From an uncultured Planctomycetota bacterium (lineage in GTDB: Bacteria > Planctomycetota > Planctomycetia > Pirellulales > Lacipirellulaceae): 64,000 nucleotides of DNA. Positions 11,047-22,101 of this stretch are shown here, piece by piece; positions within the stretch are counted from its first letter, which is position 1; each line of letters begins with the position of its first letter. Location: contig CAVRBU010000002.1 of the NCBI GenBank assembly GCA_963719315.1, positions 1 through 64,000 of the forward strand. Direction: 5' to 3'. Under the pieces are notes generated by a model. That model ran no database searches. It was not told where the DNA came from and saw only the letters and a program-made list of their open reading frames with translations. Position numbers and translations under genes: made by a program.

Positions 11047-13122
11047 TCATGTTTCGCCCATTTCGGCGACCAGCATCACCACGGAATGAGACTGGACATG
11101 ATACTTATCACAACAAGTAGTGCGCACGTTTTCCCAATCCACAATATCGTCGGGCGAATTAAGAGAGGTATCGATCCAGCGATGCCACGCTCGCCCAGAC
11201 GTTTGTTTAGGCAGCTCAAATTCAAGCGGTTCCTCATAGGCGTTTAACGCCAAATAACATTGGAGATTTTCATTCGACAGTTCGGCGCTCAAGGCGATAC
11301 TATGCGACCATTCGCTCCAATCCGGTTTCATCAGCTTCACCCCGTGCCAAGTTATATTCCCACGCGAGAGCATCGTATTGAGGCTAATCCGGTTGCGTTC
11401 GTGCTCAATGTCAACCAAAACGCGGCGCGCGCACAGGTAACTTACAAATCGATAAACGTCCGAGTGCTTTTCTATGGATTCCCAATCGAACCAGTTGCCT
11501 GTGTCATCGTGACAATAAGCGTTGTTGTTGCCGAGCTGCGTGCGACGGACTTCGTCACCCATCGAGATCATCGGTACGCCAAGTGACAGCAACGTAATTG
11601 TAAAGAAGTTCTTCACTTGTCTGTTACGTAGTGATTCCACCGACCAGTCGTCGGCTCGTCCTTCAATGCCGCAATTCCAACTCCGATTATCATTGCTGCC
11701 GTCTCGGTTTTTTTCTCCATTTGCCTCGTTGTGCTTGTGATCGTAGGAAACGAGGTCATTGAGCGTGAAACCGTCATGGCAGGTGACGAAATTCACGCTT
11801 TGCTCTGCTTCTCGTCGCTTGTGGCCGTAGATTTCCGGGCTACCGAGAAGTCGGTCGGCCACCCGTCTTGCCGATCCGGGCGCACAGCGGAAGAAGTCTC
11901 GGACATCGTCACGAAATCGCCCGTTCCACTCTTTCCAGGCGTCCCCGACGAAGCTGCCCACCTGATACAGCCCCGCCGCGTCCCATGCTTCGGCGATCAA
12001 CTTGGTACCAGCCAACGCCGGTTCGGACTCGATATCCCACAACACGGGCGGATTCGGGACGGGTTGGCCTGAGCCGTCGCGCGACAGAATCGACGCGAGA
12101 TCGAAGCGAAACCCGTCGACGTGCATGTCCTGCACCCAGTAGCGCAGGCAGTCCACGATCATTCGCCGCACAACCGGATGATTGGCGTTAAGCGTGTTTC
12201 CGCAGCCCGAGTAATTGGCGTATCGTGCGCCTCCGCTTTCAAGGGTGTAATAGGTTTTATTATCGATGCCACGAAAACTGAGAGTGGGCCCAGTGTGATC
12301 GCCTTCGGTGGTGTGGTTAAAGACGACATCAAGAATGACCTCAATTCCAGCGCGATGGAGAGCTTTAACCATATCGCGAAATTCGTCGATCGGCCCAAGC
12401 GGATCGCGGCGCGAGCTGTATGCCGCGTGGGGAGCGAAAAACGCAATCGGTGAGTAACCCCAATAGTTGACGAGACCTGTAGGAGAGTCTTGTGCATCGA
12501 ACTGAAACACGGGCATCAGTTCCACAGCGGTGATGCCAAGAGCCTGCAAGTAGGGAATCTTTTCATTGAGGCCGGCGTACGTGCCGCGACGCGGCTCTTC
12601 AATCTCCGAGCTGGGATGGCGCGTGAAGCCACGCACGTGCATCTCGTAGATAATCGTGCGCGCTGATGGGCGATTCAGGGGCGCATCGCCCTCCCAATCG
12701 TATGTCGTTGGATCGACAACCACATTTTTCATGGCAGCTACCGCATTGTTGCCCGATTCGCACGCGGCCTTCCGACTGTAGCCTTCCGGAACAACAACGC
12801 CGCGGCCGTACGGATCAAGCAGAATCTTGGCAGAATCGAATGGCTGACCGCAATCGGGTGCGAAGGGGCCGTCCACGCGATACGCATAGAGCTGCCCTGG
12901 GGCTAAGTCCGGCACGAACGTGTGCCAGTAATGGTAAGAACGATTTGTGGCAGGTTCGATTGGAATGACGCGAGTTGGCGCCGCATCATCCTCGCGATCG
13001 AATAACAATAGACTCACGCCCGAGGCATTCCGTGAGTAAACGCTGAAGTTGACGCCGCCATCTACTATCGTGGCGCCCAATGGTACGCTTCGACTATTGC
13101 CGCGAGTGGTGTTAGGTACCAT
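11047..13122 (-). CDS. glgX: Glycogen debranching enzyme (GH13 isoamylase)
   Basis: IYEMHVRGFT, NYWGY, DVVFNHT, DGFRFDLAS, NFVTCHDGFTLNDLVSY, GNNNAYC. Confidence 0.95.
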   Translation of the reverse strand: MVPNTTRGNSRSVPLGATIVDGGVNFSVYSRNASGVSLLLFDREDDAAPTRVIPIEPATNRSYHYWHTFVPDLAPGQLYAYRVDGPFAPDCGQPFDSAKILLDPYGRGVVVPEGYSRKAACESGNNAVAAMKNVVVDPTTYDWEGDAPLNRPSARTIIYEMHVRGFTRHPSSEIEEPRRGTYAGLNEKIPYLQALGITAVELMPVFQFDAQDSPTGLVNYWGYSPIAFFAPHAAYSSRRDPLGPIDEFRDMVKALHRAGIEVILDVVFNHTTEGDHTGPTLSFRGIDNKTYYTLESGGARYANYSGCGNTLNANHPVVRRMIVDCLRYWVQDMHVDGFRFDLASILSRDGSGQPVPNPPVLWDIESEPALAGTKLIAEAWDAAGLYQVGSFVGDAWKEWNGRFRDDVRDFFRCAPGSARRVADRLLGSPEIYGHKRREAEQSVNFVTCHDGFTLNDLVSYDHKHNEANGEKNRDGSNDNRSWNCGIEGRADDWSVESLRNRQVKNFFTITLLSLGVPMISMGDEVRRTQLGNNNAYCHDDTGNWFDWESIEKHSDVYRFVSYLCARRVLVDIEHERNRISLNTMLSRGNITWHGVKLMKPDWSEWSHSIALSAELSNENLQCYLALNAYEEPLEFELPKQTSGRAWHRWIDTSLNSPDDIVDWENVRTTCCDKYHVQSHSVVMLVAEMGET

Positions 13123-13362
13123 TCTTTCTGTCAGCTTCTTAACTGGAAGAGTGACGGTTCGTGGTTGAGCAATCGCGCTGCACATCGTTCATTCCTTCGC
13201 TTGCGTTCAACAGAGAGCCCGGTAGCATTGTTTTTCGTGACCGATCCAACTAAAAATCGTGATTTTGGGATCGTCGTTTCGACGCGTTGGTACATTCTTC
13301 CATGTGCTGCAATTACAGGTTCGCTGTGTCTCAGGTAGGGATTCGCCGCATAGTGACCAACC

Positions 13363-13809
13363 TCAGTAACTTGGGAGAATCTTCGACAGTTCTGCCCGGC
13401 AGACAGAGCTGAAGGGCTTGAGCGGATCGAGTTCGTGGGGGTCAAATGATTCGCCGATTTGTTCGACGTTCATGTTTGGCCTCGCATAAAGTTCGACGAT
13501 CCGCTGACAACACGCCTCTGCCTCGGTAAGAATCTTTTCGCTAGCAACCAGGCGGATGCGCCCTATGATGCCGTAAAGAATGACCAGCTTTTCCAAAGTC
13601 TCAAGCGAATGAGACACGGCATCAACTGCCAAGCGTGAAGCTTCCGTGATGAACTCGCCATACAGTGCCTCTCGCTCGCGGAGTCTGGCCTGGGTTAGCT
13701 CGCGGACTTTCTGCTTATGCTGGTTGATCCAGGTAGCGCTCACGGTCGCCGCGGCACCGACGATGGAGCCGCCAGTTGCAGCTAGGACGGTGATGACGTG
13801 TGTATCCAT
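13363..13809 (-). CDS. Hypothetical protein with N-terminal TM helix
   Basis: ATG 13809 just after the NDH-2 stop; hydrophobic N-terminus. Confidence 0.7.
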   Translation of the reverse strand: MDTHVITVLAATGGSIVGAAATVSATWINQHKQKVRELTQARLREREALYGEFITEASRLAVDAVSHSLETLEKLVILYGIIGRIRLVASEKILTEAEACCQRIVELYARPNMNVEQIGESFDPHELDPLKPFSSVCRAELSKILPSY

Positions 13810-13813
13810 GGAA

Positions 13814-15223
13814 TCACGGAGCGCGTCCTCTGTCGGGGTCGTTCTGAGATGCGCCAACAAGTGCCGCTACCGGCGCGGATTCCGCTGGGGCGCCGGGCTC
13901 GTCCAGTTGCAGACGGCACGTATCACTTAGCACGACTTCGCTCAGCAGCGAAGCCGTCTCGCTATCCAGGCCCACCTTGACGATGTCGGGCCGCAACAGC
14001 AGGGCGAACGTCCAGTCAATCATCATGCGCAGTCGTCGACTCCAACCAGGCATCTGCAACAAGTAATAAGTACGGCGAGCGAACCACGCTGGGAAACCAT
14101 GCAATCGAACTTTCAAAAATTGCCCAAAACCCGAGTTGTGACCCAGCGAGCCCATCATGCCGAGTGTGTCGTGGATGAACGACTTTGGTGACCGGTCGTT
14201 CAGAACTCTATGAATGTTCTCGGCTAGGATTTTCGCCTCGCGCATTGCATGCTGCGCGAGGGCCGGATAAGGTTTGCCGTCTGGCCCAGGGATCGAGGCG
14301 CAGTCGCCAAGTGCCCACACTTCCGCGTGGCTCGGACAGCGCATTGTCGGCTCGACCAACATACATCCGCGCTTGTCCTTCTCAACGGGCAGGCCAGCTA
14401 CCACTGGGTTCGGAACAACCCCTGCGGCGAAGACGATCGTGTCGGCGGCGATGGTTTCATTCGCCATGTGAACCTTGCCAAGCCCGATAGCCTGCACTCG
14501 AACGTTGGTCAGCACTTCTACTCCGCGTCGTGCGGCGAGCATTCGGGTTCCGTACTCGGCGAGCGCCGGGTCGATTTCCGGCATGATGCGCGTCGCACCT
14601 TGAAGTAGGACGAGGTGGACTTCGTCGCGATTCACATGTTCGTAGAGAGGAACGATGCCATCGACGAAGGCGGATAACTCGCCGAGCAGTTCCACCCCTA
14701 CCAACCCGCCGCCGATGATCACGAACGTGAGTATTTGCGATTTGCGTCGTGGATCGGTCTCCACATCGGCGCGTTCGAATCGCTCAATGACGAAGTTGCG
14801 GAGCAACAGTGCGTCGGCCAGAGTCTTGAACGTGAAGGCGTGCTCCGCACCAGGGATCAATGCGCGATTGGTTTTCGATCCCAAGGCGATGACCAACTGG
14901 TCGTATGCCAGTTCGCAGCCGGTTCCAGGCGCCGCCAAGCGCACGACGCGCATATTTAGGTCGATGCTCTGCACGGTGGCCTCGATGAACCTCGCGGTGC
15001 GCAGAAATGCGCGTATTGGGACGGAGCAAGACTTCAAGTCGAGGGTGCCAGAAAAGACCTCAAACAATAGCGGCGTCATGAGCACAAAGTTGTCCCGGCT
15101 AACCAGAACGATTTCAACATCCGGTTGTCGACGAAAGAGTCTCTCCAGGTGCCGGGCAGTGGCAATGCCGCCAAAACCGCCGCCGAGAATCAGGATGCGT
15201 TTTTTGAATGGTCGACTGCACAT
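13814..15223 (-). CDS. Type II NADH dehydrogenase-like FAD oxidoreductase
   Basis: ILGGGFGG, IIGGGLVGVEL, WALGDCA, YPALAQHA. Confidence 0.9.
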   Translation of the reverse strand: MCSRPFKKRILILGGGFGGIATARHLERLFRRQPDVEIVLVSRDNFVLMTPLLFEVFSGTLDLKSCSVPIRAFLRTARFIEATVQSIDLNMRVVRLAAPGTGCELAYDQLVIALGSKTNRALIPGAEHAFTFKTLADALLLRNFVIERFERADVETDPRRKSQILTFVIIGGGLVGVELLGELSAFVDGIVPLYEHVNRDEVHLVLLQGATRIMPEIDPALAEYGTRMLAARRGVEVLTNVRVQAIGLGKVHMANETIAADTIVFAAGVVPNPVVAGLPVEKDKRGCMLVEPTMRCPSHAEVWALGDCASIPGPDGKPYPALAQHAMREAKILAENIHRVLNDRSPKSFIHDTLGMMGSLGHNSGFGQFLKVRLHGFPAWFARRTYYLLQMPGWSRRLRMMIDWTFALLLRPDIVKVGLDSETASLLSEVVLSDTCRLQLDEPGAPAESAPVAALVGASQNDPDRGRAP

Positions 15224-15442
15224 TGCACTACTTAACCTCTCAGCAGGCACGGTTACCGCTCGTGGTTGAGCAATCGCACTGCACCTCGTGCGTTGTTGCG
15301 CCTGCATTAAACAGCAAGTTCGGTGGATTGGTATTTGCCGGCCAACGCGACTAAACGTTGTCACCCTCGGTCGAAGTCGCGGAGACAACGGTGTTCGCGT
15401 GTGCGCCCTCTGCCAGCATCAACTCATCATCTCTCATACTCT

Positions 15443-17965
15443 TTAGGTCACAGGGCATGGCTCCACGCTCCATATATCCGCCGCGTATTCGGCGATGGTC
15501 CGATCACTGGAGAACTTTTCCGAGCTAGCCACGTTCAAAATAGCCTTGCGAGCCCAAGCAGCTTGGTCGGCATACAACGCGCTAAGTTGGCGGTCGCTTT
15601 CTAAGTACGCTTGCAGGTCGGCAAGATGCATGTAGTAGTCGCAGTTTTCTAAGAGGGTGTCGAGCAGCGGATTGAAGACCGCCGGCTCGTGACGGTTGAA
15701 ATGGTCGCTCGAAATCAATTCGATGGCTGCTCGCGTTTCCGATTCATTTTCGTAGTGCCAACGCGGATTATAGGAGTGGCGCTGGCTGGCCACTTGGTCC
15801 GCGGTGAGGCCGAAGAGGAAGAAATTCTCTTCGCCTGCTTGCTCGGCCATTTCAATGGTCGCCCCATCGCGAGTGCCGATGGTAAGTGCGCCGTTCATCA
15901 TGAACTTCATGTTGCTCGTACCGCTGGCTTCGTATCCGGCGGTCGAGATCTGATTCGACACTTCGCTGGCAGGAATAAGCCGTTCGGCCACAATAACGTT
16001 GTAGTCGGGTATGAAAACGACTTTAAGTCGGCCTCGGATCGCAGGATCCCCCTCAATTGTGCCGGCAAGATTGTTGATGAACTTGATGATCAACTTCGCC
16101 AAGCGGTAGGCCGGGGCCGCTTTGCCCGCGAAAAAGAATGTACGCGGTAAAACTTCCAGATTGGGGTTCTTCCGAAGCCGATTGTAAAGCACTATGACGC
16201 GCAGCGCGTTGAGCAATTGCCGCTTATATTCATGGATGCGTTTGACTTGACTATCGAAAATCGAGTCCGGGTCAATCGTGATGTTCAACGAAGCTTTCAG
16301 CCAATCGACGAACCTAAGCTTGGCCTTTTTTTTCGCTTGACGAAAATCGCTTTGAAAATTGTTGTCATCGGCAAGTGACTTGAGTCGTTGGAGCTGTGCC
16401 AGATCCGTGATCCACTCCTCGCCAATTGCAGAGCTGATCGTGCGGGCAAGCGAAGGGTTGGCCAGCAGCAACCACCGCCGCGGGGTAACGCCGTTGGTCT
16501 TATTAAAGAACCGGTCTGGGAAGACCTCCGCGAGGTCTTTGACCGTTGTTTTACGCAGCAATTCGGAGTGAATTGCGGCAACTCCGTTGGTACTATGCGA
16601 ACCGACAATCGCCAAATTGGCCATGCGAATCTTTCGCTCACCACTTTCCTCGACGAGGCTGACCGCCCTGACGCGGGAATCGTCGCCTGGGAATTTGGCA
16701 CGCACATCATCGAGGAGCCGGCGGTTTATTTCGTAGATGATTTCCAGTTGCCGCGGCAGGAGAGCTTCGAACCAGGCCACCGGCCACTTCTCTAAGGCCT
16801 CGGGCAGCAGGGTATGGTTCGTGTAGGCAAGTGTCCTCTGTGTGAGATCCCAGGCTTGGTCCCATCCCAGTTTCGCCTCGTCCAGTAAGATTCGCATTAA
16901 TTCTGCAACCGCTATCGCAGGATGCGTATCGTTTAGCTGCACTGCGGCCTTGAGAGGCAAAGCGTTCCAATCAGTGTTGTTTCGACGGAAACGCCGGACC
17001 AAGTCCGCAAGGGAGCACGCAACCAGGAAATACTCCTGCACAAAGCGCAACCCCTGCCCCATGCTCGTGGAGTCGTCGGGATACAGCACGCGCGTGAGAG
17101 AGTCGGCCGCAAGCGTCTCAGCTAGTGCGCCAGCGAAGTCGCCCCTGCTGAATTCTTCAAAGTCAAAATAATCCGGTGTTGCCGCGTCCCACAGCCGCAG
17201 CGTGTTGATCGTCCGGCCTCCGTAGCCAACGACTGGTCGGTCGTATGGGACGCCAATCAAACTAGAAGGACGGCCGAGAACCGGCTGCAGGCTGCCGCCG
17301 CGCAACTCGAAGGAGCAGCCGAGTTTGACTTCCACGCTCTCGTGAGGCCGTGCGACTTCCCAAGGGTCCGGAAATCGGAGCCAGTTGTCGGGCTGCTCGC
17401 GCTGCCAGCCACTCCGAATACTTTGTCGAAACGTGCCATATTCGTAACGCAGGCCATATCCCATGGCAGGGAGCTGCATGGTCGCCATCGAGTCAATGAA
17501 GCAGGCGGCCAGACGTCCAAGGCCTCCGTTTCCCAGGCCGGCGTCGGGTTCTTGCTCGAGGAGCCCAAGCCAGTCAAAGCCCGTCTTTTGTATGACCTTG
17601 GTCGCGATCGAATCCAGCAACAGATTGGTAACGTTGTTGGCTAACGATCGCCCAATCAAAAACTCCATCGAGATGTAATAAATTCGCTTCGGGTTTTCGC
17701 GATCATAGGTCTCCTCGGTGCGTACCCAGCGTTGAGAAAGTACATCGCGCACGGAGCGGGCGAACGCCTCGTAGCCCTCGCGTACATTGGCTGCCTTCAC
17801 TTTGACGACATGATCAAATAGTAGATGCCGTTCATATAAGGCGTTTTCGTCGCCCGTAAACTGGATCGGACCGCAACCGTATTGATTCAGCAGGCTCGTC
17901 AGTTCACCGTTGGTCGCCGTTGCAGATGAGCGAGCGACTTTATGCTTGGACATTGTCGTCTCCAA
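15443..17965 (-). CDS. glgP: Glycogen/starch phosphorylase
   Basis: GLGNGGLGRLAACF, QLNDTHP, KRIHEYKRQLLN, EASGTSNMK. Confidence 0.97.
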   Translation of the reverse strand: METTMSKHKVARSSATATNGELTSLLNQYGCGPIQFTGDENALYERHLLFDHVVKVKAANVREGYEAFARSVRDVLSQRWVRTEETYDRENPKRIYYISMEFLIGRSLANNVTNLLLDSIATKVIQKTGFDWLGLLEQEPDAGLGNGGLGRLAACFIDSMATMQLPAMGYGLRYEYGTFRQSIRSGWQREQPDNWLRFPDPWEVARPHESVEVKLGCSFELRGGSLQPVLGRPSSLIGVPYDRPVVGYGGRTINTLRLWDAATPDYFDFEEFSRGDFAGALAETLAADSLTRVLYPDDSTSMGQGLRFVQEYFLVACSLADLVRRFRRNNTDWNALPLKAAVQLNDTHPAIAVAELMRILLDEAKLGWDQAWDLTQRTLAYTNHTLLPEALEKWPVAWFEALLPRQLEIIYEINRRLLDDVRAKFPGDDSRVRAVSLVEESGERKIRMANLAIVGSHSTNGVAAIHSELLRKTTVKDLAEVFPDRFFNKTNGVTPRRWLLLANPSLARTISSAIGEEWITDLAQLQRLKSLADDNNFQSDFRQAKKKAKLRFVDWLKASLNITIDPDSIFDSQVKRIHEYKRQLLNALRVIVLYNRLRKNPNLEVLPRTFFFAGKAAPAYRLAKLIIKFINNLAGTIEGDPAIRGRLKVVFIPDYNVIVAERLIPASEVSNQISTAGYEASGTSNMKFMMNGALTIGTRDGATIEMAEQAGEENFFLFGLTADQVASQRHSYNPRWHYENESETRAAIELISSDHFNRHEPAVFNPLLDTLLENCDYYMHLADLQAYLESDRQLSALYADQAAWARKAILNVASSEKFSSDRTIAEYAADIWSVEPCPVT

Positions 17966-17989
17966 TTTTGAAAGGAGTCATTCGGTAAC

Positions 17990-18577
17990 TTAGCGTACGA
18001 AGTTCCACAGGCCGATGATGGGTTCATTCTTGTTTTCGTGTTCGAAATCAAGCACGCCGATGCTGGCTGGTCGGCAAAAGAAGAATCGTCCAGTGCACGG
18101 CGGCAATCCGAGCCAGCGGGCCGCAATCATGCGGATGATGTGACCGCTGGAAAACGCCAAGACGTCTCCATTGGCGTCGAACACCCGCGAGATGAAGCGG
18201 TCTGCGCGCTGAGCGACATCCAGCGGTGATTCGCCGCCAGGACAACCGTCGCGAAACAGTTCCCAATCCGGCCGATCCTGCTGTACGTCGGCGGTTGTTT
18301 TCCCCTCGAACTGGCCATAATCCCACTCGACCAGGCCAGAGTTTATCTCGGCTACAGTGCCGAAGCCGGCCAACGCACACGTACGGCTCGCGCGTTGCAA
18401 CGGGCTCGTAAATACCTGCGCAAAGGAGAACTGCTGCAAGCGATCGCTAAGCTGGCGGGCCCGTTGCTCGCCGCGGTCGTTGAGTGGGACGTTTGTCCGA
18501 CCCGTCTTGCGGCGTGAATCGGTCCAGTCTGTGTCGCCAAGCCGCACGACGTATAGTTTGGGTAGCTTAATGGACAC
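17990..18577 (-). CDS. Histidine phosphatase family protein (catalytic RHG reads RLG)
   Basis: SPLQRASRT, EWDYGQFEG, PGGES motifs; first motif VVRLGDT. Confidence 0.85.
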   Translation of the reverse strand: MSIKLPKLYVVRLGDTDWTDSRRKTGRTNVPLNDRGEQRARQLSDRLQQFSFAQVFTSPLQRASRTCALAGFGTVAEINSGLVEWDYGQFEGKTTADVQQDRPDWELFRDGCPGGESPLDVAQRADRFISRVFDANGDVLAFSSGHIIRMIAARWLGLPPCTGRFFFCRPASIGVLDFEHENKNEPIIGLWNFVR

Positions 18578-18643
18578 TGACGTGCTCCTCAGCGGAACTC
18601 CCGAGACGATACAGTTGCGGATTTAGAGAACACGGCGTTGCGA

Positions 18644-21102
18644 TCAAACGTTGTCGCCCTCAGTCGATGTGCCGCCGGATTGAATGTGTTCCGCGCCCCA
18701 CTGCCAGCCGGCGATTTCAGGCATATCGTCTCCATGCCGAGCAATGTACTCCTTGTGGTCAATCAGCTTGTTGTGAATGGCCTGCTTGAAATACGCGGCC
18801 CGCGCCAAGCTGTGGCAACCGGTCAATCACGTCTTCGCACAGGTGCAGCCGATCGAGCTGGTTCATGACGACCATGTCGAATGGCGTGGTCGTCGTGCCC
18901 TCTTCTTTGTAGCCGCGCACATGCAGATTCTTGTGATTGGTGCGCCGATACGTGAGCCGGTGGATGAGCCACGGATAGCCGTGAAAAGCAAATATGATCG
19001 GTTTGTCCTTCGTAAAGAGCGCATCGAAGTTGTGGTCCGATAACCCGTGCGGATGCTCGCTCGGCGGCTGCAACTTCATAAGGTCGACGACGTTGATGAC
19101 GCGCACCTTCAGCTCAGGCAAGTGTTGGTGGATCAAGTCAACCGCCGCGAGGGTTTCCAATGTGGGCACATCTCCGCAACAAGCCATCACCACGTCGGGT
19201 TCCCCGCCTTGGTCGTTGGAGGCCCATTCCCAAATGCTGAGTCCAGCCGAGCAATGTTTGACGGCCTCATCCATCGTGAGCCACTGTGGAGCGGGCTGCT
19301 TGCCGGCAATGACCACGTTTACGTAATTGCGGCTGCGCAAGCAATGATCAGTTACCGAAAGCAAGCAATTGGCATCCGGCGGCAGGTACACGCGGATGAC
19401 CTCCGACTTCTTATTGACGACGTGGTCAATGAACCCTGGGTCTTGATGACTGAGGCCGTTATGGTCTTGCCGCCAGACGTGGGAGCTGAGAAAGTAGTTG
19501 AAGGAAGCGATCGGCCGCCGCCAGGGAATATGGTTGCAGGTTTTCAGCCACTTTGCGTGCTGATTGAACATCGAATCGACGATGTGGATGAAGGCTTCGT
19601 AACAAGAGAAGAATCCGAGCCTCCCAGTCAGCAAGTAGCCTTCCAGCCAGCCCTGGCACTGGTGCTCGCTGAGCACTTCCATCACGCGGCCATCCGGGCT
19701 GAGCTTGTCGTCCGTGTCGTAAATCTCCGCCATGTAACAGCGCGTTGTGACGTTCGAGCACATCTTGCCAGCGGTTCGAGTTGTTCTCGTCCGGGCTGAA
19801 GAGGCGGAAGTTCTTGCTCTCCAGATTGAGCTTCATCACATCGCGTAAGAATTTCCCCATTATGCGGGCCGATTCGGCCGTCGTCGCACCAGGAGTCGGC
19901 ACCTCGACCGCGTAGTCGCGGAAATCGGGCAAACGCAAGTCACGCAGCAAGAGACCGCCGTTGGCGTGCGGGTTGTCGCTCATCCGGCGGTGACCTTTCG
20001 GAGCAAGCTCTGCGAGCTCGGGCTTCAGCCGACCGTTCTTGTCGAAGAGCTCTTCCGGCCGATAACTCTTCATCCATTGCTCAAGAATGCGAATGTGTTC
20101 TGGCTTGTCCATGTCGCCCATGGGAACTTGATGGCTGCGCCAATAATCTTCGCATTTCTTGCCGTCAATTTCCGGGGGGCAAGTCCAGCCCTTCGGCGTG
20201 CGGAACACGATCATCGGCCAAGCGGGGCGTTTGACAATGCCATTGTCTCGCGCTTCGGACCAGATTTCTTTGATCTCGGCGACGACCGTATCCAATACGC
20301 TGGCCAGCTCTTGATGAACTGCCTCGGGGTCGCGACCCTCGACGAAATACGGCTTGTAGCCCATGCCCTCAAAGAACTTCTGCAGCTCATCTTGCGGAAT
20401 TCGGGCTAAGAAGCACGGGTTGGCGATCTTGTACCCATTCAAATGAAGAATAGGGAGCACGCAACCGTCGCGGGCAGGATTCAGAAACTTGTTGCCGTGC
20501 CAGCCTGTTGCAAGCGGTCCGGTTTCGGCCTCGCCATCCCCCACCACGCAGGCCACGATCAAATCGGGATTGTCGAACGCCGCGCCGTACGCATGGCTGA
20601 GCGCGTAGCCTAACTCGCCGCCTTCATGAATGCTGCCCGGCGTCTCCGGTGCAGCGTGGCTGGGAACGCCGCCGGGGAAACTGAACTGGTTGAACAATCG
20701 CGCCATTCCTTCTTCGTCCTGGCAAATGTTCGGATACACCTCGCTATACGTGCCTTCGAGATAGGCATGCGCAACCAGCGAAGGACCGCCGTGCCCCGGA
20801 CCAATGATGTACATCATGTTCAGGTCATCTTTCTTGATGACCCGATTAAGATGCACGCACAACATGTTAAGTCCCGGCGAGGTACCCCAGTGGCCGAGCA
20901 GCCGTGGTTTGATGTGCTCGCGTTTGAGCGGCTCGCGGAGCAGCGGATTGTCCATGAGGTAAATCTGACCGACGGCGAGATAGTTCAATGCCCGCCAGTA
21001 CGCGTCCAGCCTGTGCAACTCTTCAGCGGAAAGAGTCCGGGCCGCTGTCGGGGTGATTCGGCTCATTGGCTTTCGTATTAGGTTAGTAGTTGCCGTTGAC
21101 AT
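18644..21102 (-). pseudogene. xfp: Phosphoketolase (XFP family) with two 1-nt frameshifts (~19752, ~18805)
   Basis: [61 protein letters not shown] spread over three overlapping ORFs. Confidence 0.92.
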
Positions 21103-21172
21103 GGTTCAATCCTTTTTTGTGTGCCACCGTGAGTTCAATTTGATAGAGCGGCAGCATGGTTAGTAGGCATAT

Positions 21173-21188
21173 CGCAATTGTTATGCCG
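21173..21188 (-). promoter_or_regulatory. Putative sigma54 -24/-12 promoter for the xfp-glgP-glgX run
   Basis: CGGCAT-AACAA-TTGCG with correct GG-N10-GC spacing, ~70 bp upstream of xfp. Confidence 0.65.
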
Positions 21189-21310
21189 CACTGGACGGGA
21201 AGAACTAGTAATGGAGGCGGTAAAACGCATGGCTCGTCCGCTCACTGGTACTCGTGCCAGATTCTAGCACCAACTTTGTGCATTCATTCATCACTGTTCG
21301 AATTAGCACT

Positions 21311-22015
21311 TTAGCGAGTGGAGTCGGAGGCTTGCCGCACCGAGGACGTGAATTGCGCCGACTTTTCAACTAACTCATCTTTGCGTTGCTGTTGAAACTC
21401 GCGGAGTGTCGATTCGTCAATAAAGTATAACGTCTTACGTTCATGTTCCAGCGTCGCCGCTGCCGCAAAGCTCGGGAATCGCACCTTGGCGATCGGATCC
21501 TCGACCATCTGTTCCTTCAGATAGTATTCGTTCTCGTGCAGCCCTAGGTAGGTGTGCACAAAATCCACAATTCGATCATCGAGCCATTGAGCAAGTTGCG
21601 CTTTGTCGACTGCATCAAGCGGAAGTTCCAGTTCCCTGTGCGAATCGAACTTCATCAAAACTGGCAGGATTTCAACATCGTAGGTGACGACAAGCTTTCG
21701 CGCGTCGGCGTCCGGCGAGACTGTGAACCGCAACGTGATACGTGCGAGGTTCGATCCAAACTCCATGCTTACGGCTCGTCGCCCCGGTTGTTCTATGGGC
21801 ATAACGTCCATTGTTTTGCCAAATCTTGTAGCGAGCGCTTCGAGTCGCGGTTCCCAGAGCTCGCGCAGGGCATCTACTGTTCGTTCGAAGCGTTCAAGCC
21901 TCAGTTGTCGAACGTGATACTCTTCAAGTTGTTTGACACGTAGCTGGTTCCATCGTTCTTCCGCAGCCGAGAATTCGGCATCGATGCGTTCGATCAAAAG
22001 ATTGGTCGTTTCCAT
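21311..22015 (-). CDS. YHS-domain-containing protein
   Basis: C-terminal VEDPIAKVRF...KTLYFIDE resembles YHS; RBS GGAGG before ATG 22015. Confidence 0.75.
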   Translation of the reverse strand: METTNLLIERIDAEFSAAEERWNQLRVKQLEEYHVRQLRLERFERTVDALRELWEPRLEALATRFGKTMDVMPIEQPGRRAVSMEFGSNLARITLRFTVSPDADARKLVVTYDVEILPVLMKFDSHRELELPLDAVDKAQLAQWLDDRIVDFVHTYLGLHENEYYLKEQMVEDPIAKVRFPSFAAAATLEHERKTLYFIDESTLREFQQQRKDELVEKSAQFTSSVRQASDSTR

Positions 22016-22101
22016 CTTGCACCTCCGTTCATTGGTTTTACGTCGTGACAAAAAACACTGGTGTCAGAAAAGCCGAACTGTGACGCCGACGCTAAATTCT
22101 C

